DNA of 6,145 bases from Octopus sinensis (taxonomy: Eukaryota), in contig NW_021829742.1 of the NCBI RefSeq assembly GCF_006345805.1, forward strand, positions 1 through 6,145. The letters are read 5' to 3'. Positions 1 to 6,145 of the stretch are shown piece after piece. The first letter of the stretch is position 1. Each line of letters opens with the position of its first letter. Below the pieces are notes generated by a model. The model was given only the letters and a program-made list of their open reading frames with translations, had not been told where the DNA came from and made no database searches. Position numbers and translations under genes: made by a program.

Positions 1-49
1 TATATATATATAATATAATATATATATATATATATATTTAATATATATA
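1..49. repeat. Interrupted (TA)n microsatellite running off the window edge
   Basis: Directly visible TA dinucleotide run with a few TAA/TTT interruptions. Confidence 0.97.
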
Positions 50-274
50 GGAACTTAGAGCCATCAACCAAACTTGACTAAGGGTGCGAATAACACCTAC
101 ATTGCTGGAAATAAGAGCTAAAATACTCCAGTACTGTTACAAAGTACATAACAAATACTATGACAGGAGCTGAAATCCTGATGTGCAAAATTCCTGAGAA
201 TTCCTGATCGGCCAGTTACAGCAATCTCCGTGCCATCGTCAGTGAGATAACCATTATAATTTTATGGTGTGTTC

Positions 275-277
<3 letters not shown>

Positions 278-315
<38 letters not shown>
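278..315. repeat. Perfect (TA)19 microsatellite
   Basis: Uninterrupted TA run from 278 to 315. Confidence 0.98.
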
Positions 316-318
<3 letters not shown>

Positions 319-787
319 CAATATCTACAACCCTTTTCACAATCGAACTCTCAGAATCCCACTTATCTTCTCGTTTCTTTTCTCTGCTTCTCTTTTCTAG
401 TATCTAACAACATCTCCCTCTTCCTATCAATTTTTTTCGCCATTATTGCTACTAACTCCACACACAACGAATCTACTCTGCAAAAGTACCTCTCGTTTAC
501 AAAATAAGTATTTACAAATTTATTTCTAACCATCTCCAGCCTCCTAAATCTCCCCCGTGTAAATGAAACGTATTTTAAGCGTAGGTGGTGCCTGCGTGCT
601 TTCTGCCGTGTGAAATGGCGTGTGTGAACATGTAAAACTGTTGTTATTTCCTCCTTGTCAGCCATCTTGTACAAATTAAATGCTGTTTATGAAAGCAGAC
701 AAGTGGAAATGTGAAGACAAGGCGAACCTATGAGCTAACACACGGAATAATATCATGTACGTTATGCGTAGCATCATTACAAAACCA

Positions 788-1034
788 TGTATGTACACAC
801 ATACACACACACACACACACACGAAATACATACATATAATATATATTTACTTACATGCGCTTTTGTATATGGATCTTTATATATGTGTGTCTATATATAT
901 ATATATAACATACATATATATATACATACATATATAATACATACACAGACCCACACACACATATATATGTGTGTGTGTATACGTTTGTATATTTGTATGC
1001 ATAGTTAAATGCATGCTTAATCTTACACATAAGC

Positions 1035-1073
<39 letters not shown>

Positions 1074-1110
1074 TATATTACATATATATAATACATACAT
1101 ATATATATAT

Positions 1111-1181
<71 letters not shown>
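788..1181. repeat. Compound (CA)n/(TA)n/(TG)n/(TACA)n low-complexity tract
   Basis: Alternating purine-pyrimidine runs throughout; these account for the H/T/Y/I-only ORFs 755..937, 787..1008, 851..1192 and 971..1216. Confidence 0.95.
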
Positions 1182-1200
1182 GCATCCAGCATGCTGTATA

Positions 1201-1420
1201 TACGACTGGGTGCTGAAAAGTTCCTGGCTTAAAAGGTATCAAGAATGACTGGGCTGGGACCCAACGGTCCGAGTTCTTGTAAGGGTCTTAGAAAAACTGA
1301 AGGACCACTGTCATAAATGTGTGCATCTGAGAAGAGGTATATTATCAATAAAATCATAGTCACCTGATCCTCCCGTAACTTTTTTTACCCAATTCCTGGC
1401 ACTTCTCGATACCCCTCGTA
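1201..1420 (+). mobile_element. Non-autonomous mariner (Tc1/mariner) derivative or MITE, 216 bp plus TA target-site duplications
   Basis: Left end TA|CGACTGGGTGCTGAAAAGTTCCTGGCTT; the reverse complement of the right end is TA|CGAGGGGTATCGAGAAGTGCCAGGAATT, giving degenerate TIRs of about 28 bp (about 20/30 identical by eye). TA flanks both ends (1201-1202, 1419-1420). Positions 1288-1332 translate LEKLKDHCHKCVHLR, aligning to the mariner transposase C-terminus (Mos1-type GIHKLPERWEKCV...GKYFE*, recalled). Confidence 0.8.
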
Positions 1421-1512
1421 CATATGTACGTGTGTGTGTGTGTATGCCTGTGTGTCAGTGTGTGTGAGTGTGTGTGTGCATGTGGTATGTAGCACTATAT
1501 ACATATACATAT
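1421..1512. repeat. (TG)n/(TA)n compound microsatellite
   Basis: Visible TG runs followed by TATAC/ATAT units. Confidence 0.9.
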
Positions 1513-1765
1513 GCATATTTCATCGTAGCTTACACAAAGCTAACGCCTCTTAACAGGCTCTTAATCGAAGCCCATAAAAATATCGGCTCCAGTATCAGGA
1601 TCCATGGGATGCTTCATCCCCTGGTTCTGAACAGTATTAAGGTATAGAGACGAAGATCAAAATCTCTTGACTTAGAAAAGACTAGCTCTCTTTTTGCACC
1701 TTTGCAATCAAACATATGCGTTTATATCGAAATAATTACACTTGCAAATAAGTATTTTTATACCC

Positions 1766-1882
1766 ATCTCTCACTCTCTCTTTTCCTGTTTATCTATATA
1801 TCTCCTTATCTGTCTGTATACTTATCTATCTGTGTATGTGTGTGTGCCTATGCAAGTATAGTGAGACAAACACACGCATACA
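1766..1882. repeat. Degenerate (TC)n/(TATC)n/(TG)n/(CA)n low-complexity tract
   Basis: Short CT, TATC/TGTC, TG and CA runs. Confidence 0.7.
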
Positions 1883-1886
1883 CGTA

Positions 1887-2129
1887 TTCTTTTACTCTTT
1901 TACTTGTTTCAGTCATTTGACTGCGGCCATGCTGGAGCACCGCCTTTTAATCGAGCAAATCGACCCCGGGACTTATTCTTTGTAAGCCCAGTACTTATTC
2001 TATCGGTCTCTTTTTGCCGAACCGTTAAGTGACGGGGACGTAAACACACCAGCATCGGTTGTCAAGCAATGCTAGGTGTACAAACGCAGACACACAAACA
2101 CACACACACACATATATATATATACATAT
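1887..2129 (-). mobile_element. 3' half of an abundant octopus tRNA-derived SINE (OR/OK-type family), truncated at its internal (CA)n(TA)n tract
   Basis: Plus strand TCTTTTACTCTTTTACTTGTTTCAGTCATTTGACTGCGGCCATGCTGGAGCACCGCC...GACTTATTCTTTGTAAGCC...GACGGGGACGTAAACACACCAGCATCGGTTGTCAAGC matches my recollection of a very high-copy Octopus SINE. The minus strand ends in a short (TAAAAGAG)n tail. The tRNA-derived head is absent. The family name is from memory, not a search. Confidence 0.8.
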
Positions 2130-2153
2130 TAGATAGTATCTGTATATGTATAC

Positions 2154-2287
2154 AAATTTAGCAATTAAGGACAACTACTTAATAAGGAAAACTTAACAAG
2201 AAATTGTCAGGTAGATAGCGTGAAAACCTCATAAGAGAAAAATTTCGAAAATATTATTTCTATTATTGAACATATTAATTTTATATA
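2154..2287 (+). repeat. Direct repeat, copy 1 (about 130 bp; partner 2634-2763)
   Basis: AAATTTAGCA(A)TTAAGGACAACTACTTAATAAGGAAAA...GAAATTGTCAGGTAGATAGCGTGAAAACCTCATAAGAGAAAAATTTCGAA...TTATTGAACATAT recurs exactly 480 bp downstream; 2198-2242 is a 45-bp perfect match. Confidence 0.96.
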
Positions 2288-2290
2288 GAG

Positions 2291-2333
2291 GGCATTATAC
2301 ATACATGCCAGAAGGCATTATACATACAAGCCA
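2291..2333 (+). repeat. Short tandem duplication, 20-bp unit with period 23
   Basis: GGCATTATACATACATGCCA (2291-2310) and GGCATTATACATACAAGCCA (2314-2333), one mismatch. Confidence 0.92.
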
Positions 2334-2423
2334 CACGCTAAGAGGGACAATTAGTCCATTTCTACCAAAAATATTACTAATCCCACCGAATTCAATTTTT
2401 CAAAGTAAGACATTAAAATATAT

Positions 2424-2470
2424 AGACTTTATCACAGTGATTCATACTTACGTATTCATCAGCAGGCCTG
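2424..2470 (-). ncRNA. Degenerate minimal type I hammerhead ribozyme-like motif
   Basis: Minus strand reads CAGGCCUG CUGAUGA AUAC-GUAA-GUAU GA AUCA-CUG-UGAU A AAGUCU. It has an intact CUGAUGA box, a 4-bp stem II closed by a GNRA loop, and a palindromic stem III ending in an AUA triplet. GAAA lacks one A and stem I is imperfect. Confidence 0.45.
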
Positions 2471-2633
2471 AATGTATTATAAATAAACAACGACCCTGCC
2501 CCGCTTAAGCCGATCAGCTAACTGATCAACATCAACGAAGCACATGGGTGAGTGAGTTTACATATATTACATCCGGCTAAATGGCAAACTTTTACGAATT
2601 GCATTTCGGGGAGGAAAAGTTTTTTCGGAATAA

Positions 2634-2763
2634 AAATTTAGCATTAAGGACAACTACTTAATAAGGAAAAAAAACTTAAGAAATTGTCAGGTAGATAGCG
2701 TGAAAACCTCATAAGAGAAAAAATTTCGAATAATTATTTCTTATTGAACATATAATTTATATA
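2634..2763 (+). repeat. Direct repeat, copy 2 (partner 2154-2287), running into (TA)n
   Basis: As for copy 1; the differences are mostly small indels in A/T runs. Confidence 0.96.
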
Positions 2764-2827
2764 TATTTATATATGTATACATATATAATATATATATACA
2801 TATACTATATAATATATATATATATAT

Positions 2828-2861
<34 letters not shown>

Positions 2862-2953
2862 ATATAATATATATATATATATGTATGTATATATATATAT
2901 ATTATATATAATAATATATATATATAATATATATATATATTATATGGTTATAT

Positions 2954-2990
<37 letters not shown>
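2750..2990. repeat. Long interrupted (TA)n microsatellite
   Basis: About 240 bp almost entirely A/T; accounts for ORF 2773..2994. Confidence 0.97.
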
Positions 2991-2991
<1 letters not shown>

Positions 2992-3211
2992 TAATCATAT
3001 CATGGTAATAAAGATTTTAGAAATGTTTACTACCTGTGTCCTAGCGTGTAGAAAAATTAGTTAATAAGACTATATATTATTCATATTTTTCATTCCCTTC
3101 GAGTTTTTATACCTTTATACCTAATGGTGGTTTGGACCTTCGCTGTTCCTTCTAGCGTGAAAGTAATCCTATGACGGACACCGCTCATGTGTCTAAATAT
3201 ACACTGTATTG

Positions 3212-3249
3212 ATATATATACATGTGTGTGTGTGTGTATACATATATAT
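3212..3249. repeat. (TA)n(TG)n(TA)n compound microsatellite
   Basis: Directly visible. Confidence 0.9.
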
Positions 3250-4311
3250 GGTTCAAAATTATACTATAAAATATCAGAAAACAGATGAGGGAACAAAAGA
3301 CCAAGTGATTTTATTCGACGCTGAAGACAAATTGAAGAAGACTTTGATATTTCGTTCCTATGCTCTTCTGGAGAAAATGGTATGCGGAGTGAACGAAGAT
3401 GGAGAAAGAAAAAAAAAACGGAGAAAAAAGAGCAAGTTTGGATTATATGTGAGTTTCTCTGCGCGTGCGTATGTGTGTACGAGTGTGTGTATGTGTGGAT
3501 GGGGGGAGTATTTCCAGTTATGTAAAATTTGTTTATAGTGATTTTGTTAAAAGTTCCTAACGTTTGCCCTTTGCCTCATTTGTTTCACGTAGTCAAAACA
3601 CTTTCTAATACAATTTAGAGAAAAGACAGCGTCGTCAATTAATTTCAATCGGTTTTATTAGATTTTGCGGAAGATCGTCCATTTTGCGTGATAGAAGGTT
3701 AGTGGAATATTTCCCTATTTCTGATACACTCTATAAATGACAAGCACAATAGATCAGAAAATTGTCAGAACTATAGAAAAGGAAATGGGGAGATTACTAC
3801 AAATGTTTATTCGTTGTCAGCTTTTACAGAAATGTTAGAGAAGGAAACACATTTATGACAAACGAGAAAATGCTACACATGTAATGATAGTCTAAATTTA
3901 TATAACTAGCCATTCTGACATTTGTACATGGGAATAATCACTTTTGGTACAATTTCAAGAAATCTGGTTCCTGCAATACCAAAAATGGACACGCATTTGA
4001 GTAAAATTTGCCTGTGACTAAATAAATGATTATTCGAATAATAATCATAATTATGAAAAAGAAAGTGAACAAAATGATACAATTATAGAAAATATTGCAT
4101 AGAATTTGAGATACGTTTTCAACGTCTTTCAATGATGGCATGTGAATCAAACGTACTGTTGTTTGTTGTAGATATAAACAATATTACCGCTTGCTTATTG
4201 AGAAATTCGTAGGTTCGAGTTTTTAAAATTGTTTAGTTATGTATGTGCTTGATCTACACACACACAGACGAGGAGTGAATCAAATGAAATATATATATAT
4301 TTATTTATTTA

Positions 4312-4694
4312 TTGTGTACTGCATCGTGATGGTGAGATCAACAACATTACTCCATCTGGTGAGAGATAACTAGTATTTAATAGACATAATGCTTGTTTTT
4401 CTGTGCTAGTAGTAGATTCATGTGCTTAGAACATGCCAAAATGATGCATACCTTTCATGCTCGTAAATTTTTCCGCAAAGAATCTGCTCAGTCAAAACAT
4501 TTTCCGTCATCCATCTGCCAGTTTTGAAGATAATCAAAGTCAATTTTCGTGATCCTGAGAAACTTATCCAATAAGTATTTCTACTAAATTTGGTGAAAAT
4601 CTGTTCCACTGTTTCCCCGTAATTTTGAAAACACACAGACAGACTATGTAAGACGAGTGATTACAATACCCTGCTTTCGCTTACGCTCATGTGA
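4312..4694 (-). mobile_element. Probable Helentron-associated (DINE-1/HINE-like) non-autonomous rolling-circle element, decayed; left boundary uncertain
   Basis: The minus strand starts with a decayed 5' inverted-repeat region (...GCGTAAGCGAAAGCAGGGTATTGTAATCACTC), then a short GTCT microsatellite (plus ACACACAGACAGAC 4631-4644), then the core AAAATTACGGGGAAACAGTGGAACAGATTTTCACCAAATTTAGT. This order resembles DINE-1/HINE block A. A possible 3' stem-loop remnant is CATCGTGATG (4322-4331). The family resemblance is from memory. Confidence 0.55.
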
Positions 4695-4871
4695 CATACA
4701 CTCATACAGCCTTATCTACATACTGACGGTGAGGACGTTGACACATGACCATCTAAATTTATTTTTACGGTGAGCATCAGACTGACACTGTGTGCACGAA
4801 GGCTGTGACATTAAATCACAGGTAGATTCCTAACGTTCATAGTCACTTGCTCAATATACCACAGAATGAGA

Positions 4872-4908
4872 CATACATAGATGGATGAATAGACGGATAG
4901 ATAGATAG

Positions 4909-4963
<55 letters not shown>

Positions 4964-4976
4964 CAAACAGACAGAT
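4872..4976. repeat. (GATA)n microsatellite with GATG/GACG lead-in and GACA end
   Basis: Directly visible tetranucleotide run. Confidence 0.97.
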
Positions 4977-5251
4977 ATGTTTCTTTATTAGCGATACAGG
5001 GCTGGACACAAACGGGACAAATTACAAAGTAGAGCTTTTCTTTTTGCGGAGAAAAAAAAATGGGGGTAGGTTTTCGATCAAAAGGGATCGTAGAAAGAGA
5101 AAAAAACAGAAAACAAAAAAGAAAACAAAAAAACGATCGATAGGGATCGTGTATCACAGAAATGTCATGATGTAAAGTGTAAAGGGGGAAGCAGATATGG
5201 TTTATCCATAGAAAATAAGCCTACGGAAAAGACCACTGTAACCTCGGTCAT
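4977..5251 (-). mobile_element. 5'-truncated 3'-UTR fragment of a non-LTR retrotransposon (possibly L1/Tx1-like)
   Basis: The minus strand is pyrimidine/U-rich and ends AATAAA (4989-4984) GAAACATA immediately before the (TCTG/TCTA)n run. It contains a duplicated hairpin motif. The sequence resembles a common octopus LINE 3' end as I recall it; the clade is inferred. Confidence 0.6.
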
Positions 5252-5267
5252 TAATGTCATATGTTAA

Positions 5268-5313
5268 CACAGACAGACAGACAGACAGACAGGTAGGTAG
5301 GTAGATAGATAGT

Positions 5314-5361
<48 letters not shown>

Positions 5362-5370
5362 GATAGAGAT
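5268..5370. repeat. (GACA)n(GGTA)n(GATA)n compound microsatellite
   Basis: Directly visible tetranucleotide runs with stepwise motif change. Confidence 0.97.
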
Positions 5371-6145
5371 ACTTTCGTTGATCAATTTTACCTACAATCT
5401 GGTTTTCTGTCCACAGGTTTTAACGATTTCCCTTTTCAGACTTTAGTTTCTATCGAGCTGAATAATTGAATGAAAAAATTCCGTCTTACAATGATATGAA
5501 CCGCGTTTCGATAACATCTTTCGTTTACATCGTTTACATTCGCTCAAGGACACTTTAACGCGATTTAAACTGCGCCGTATACATGAACATTTCAAGTCTT
5601 TGCGTTCCAATAAATTTAGTGTGTTCCGAGACATTGTCGCCAAGCTTTAAATGTACAACAACAGCACAGGATTTTTAAACCGATATTTCCTAGGGACCAT
5701 GTAACCAGAAGAATAGCTTACCATCAGTAATATCTACACAGAACACTGCAATACACATTATGTCTCTAAACAGTTTTTAGATATGCCATCCTTTCGGTGA
5801 AACAGCAGTAGCACATTGCGAGGCAGTACACTATAATAAACAAATTCATTGCTTTACTGACAGCAGTAAGATAGAGCTGTATATTGTTACTTGTATATAT
5901 GTATTCATGTTTTGGAGGGTGTATACAACTATGATGTTTTATACATTATTTTCGTGTACAAAACTAGAAATGTTTGGCATGCAGCTGAGGCTGACTTTCA
6001 TACAAGAGTTTCCGCTTGAGTGACTGATGGAATGTTTAAGCATAGTTTCAGGGGAAAATGATTATCGATCACAGAAACGTTCGCTTTTATCAGTCAAATA
6101 TTGGCATACATATTATATAATAATCTTGCCCACTTGGCACTTTAT

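Larger units (their letters stand above)
2154..2763 (-). mobile_element. Putative Penelope-like pseudo-LTR or retrozyme-like non-autonomous element (about 1.27 copies of a 480-bp unit)
   Basis: Partial tandem structure, TA-rich flanks, a hammerhead-like core and an RNA-type hairpin on the same (minus) strand, and no ORF. The class assignment is inferred. Confidence 0.45.

Noticed and set aside
363-674. 103-aa minus-strand ORF as a complete gene
   Set aside because: No recognisable domain; the charged C-terminus derives from a purine-rich low-complexity tract. Only the start context was kept, as a weak finding.
952-977. 26-bp perfect palindrome (CA)n(AT)4(GT)n
   Set aside because: This is an expected by-product of adjacent dinucleotide repeats.
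755-1216. Four overlapping ORFs of 60-113 aa
   Set aside because: They are translations of TA/CA/TG microsatellites (Y/I/H/T/V/C only) with no coding signal.
1517-1556. TAGCTT/AAGCTA hairpin followed by GAAA on the minus strand, as a third hammerhead
   Set aside because: The box reads CUGUUAAGA rather than CUGANGA and the cleavage position would be G; too many defects.
1606-1620. Perfect hairpin GGGATG-CTT-CATCCC
   Set aside because: It is a single 6-bp stem with no U-tract, ribozyme core or other context, so chance is plausible.
1702-1920. 72-aa ORF
   Set aside because: It has a TTG start and spans a low-complexity tract and the SINE tail.
2291-2333. 20-bp repeat pair as a CRISPR or recombinase site
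   Set aside because: There are only two copies 3 bp apart, with no spacers and no cas or recombinase gene, in a eukaryotic context.
2266-2508. 80-aa ORF inside the 480-bp unit
   Set aside because: It has a TTG start and no RT, GIY-YIG or other recognisable motif; it lies antisense to the structured strand.
2773-2994. 73-aa ORF
   Set aside because: It is a pure (TA)n translation.
3322-3340. CTGAAGA box on the plus strand
   Set aside because: No foldable stem II or GAAA follows.
3938-4150. 70-aa hydrophobic minus-strand ORF
   Set aside because: The I/F richness reflects AT-rich composition; there is no homology or splice support.
4418-4636. 72-aa minus-strand ORF (QNYGETVEQIFTKFS...)
   Set aside because: It is a chance frame across the repeat core, with no Rep/helicase motifs.
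4843-5157. 104-aa minus-strand ORF
   Set aside because: It is built from the U-rich LINE UTR and the (TATC)n repeat (LSIY repeats).
5522-5539. CGTTTACAT repeated twice
   Set aside because: It is a simple 9-bp slippage duplication and not informative alone.

Overview
This is AT-rich, microsatellite-dense eukaryotic non-coding DNA (intronic or intergenic), most likely from an octopod cephalopod, judged from my recollection of the SINE at 1887-2129 (no database search run). No protein-coding gene is supported; most ORFs in the track are translations of microsatellites or repeats. The window is a mosaic of decayed mobile elements separated by (TA)n, (CA)n and (GATA)n tracts: a 216-bp mariner-derived MITE with TA target duplications (1203-1418), a 3' SINE fragment (minus strand), a probable Helentron/DINE-1-like non-autonomous element (about 4312-4694), and a LINE 3'-UTR fragment sitting inside a GATA/GACA microsatellite (4977-5251). 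The most interesting region is 2154-2763, a 480-bp unit followed by a partial second copy (about 130-bp direct repeat). On its minus strand it carries a degenerate minimal hammerhead-ribozyme motif and a G.U-supported hairpin, resembling a Penelope-like pseudo-LTR or a metazoan retrozyme. A weaker hammerhead-like remnant lies in another (TA)n-flanked island (50-277).
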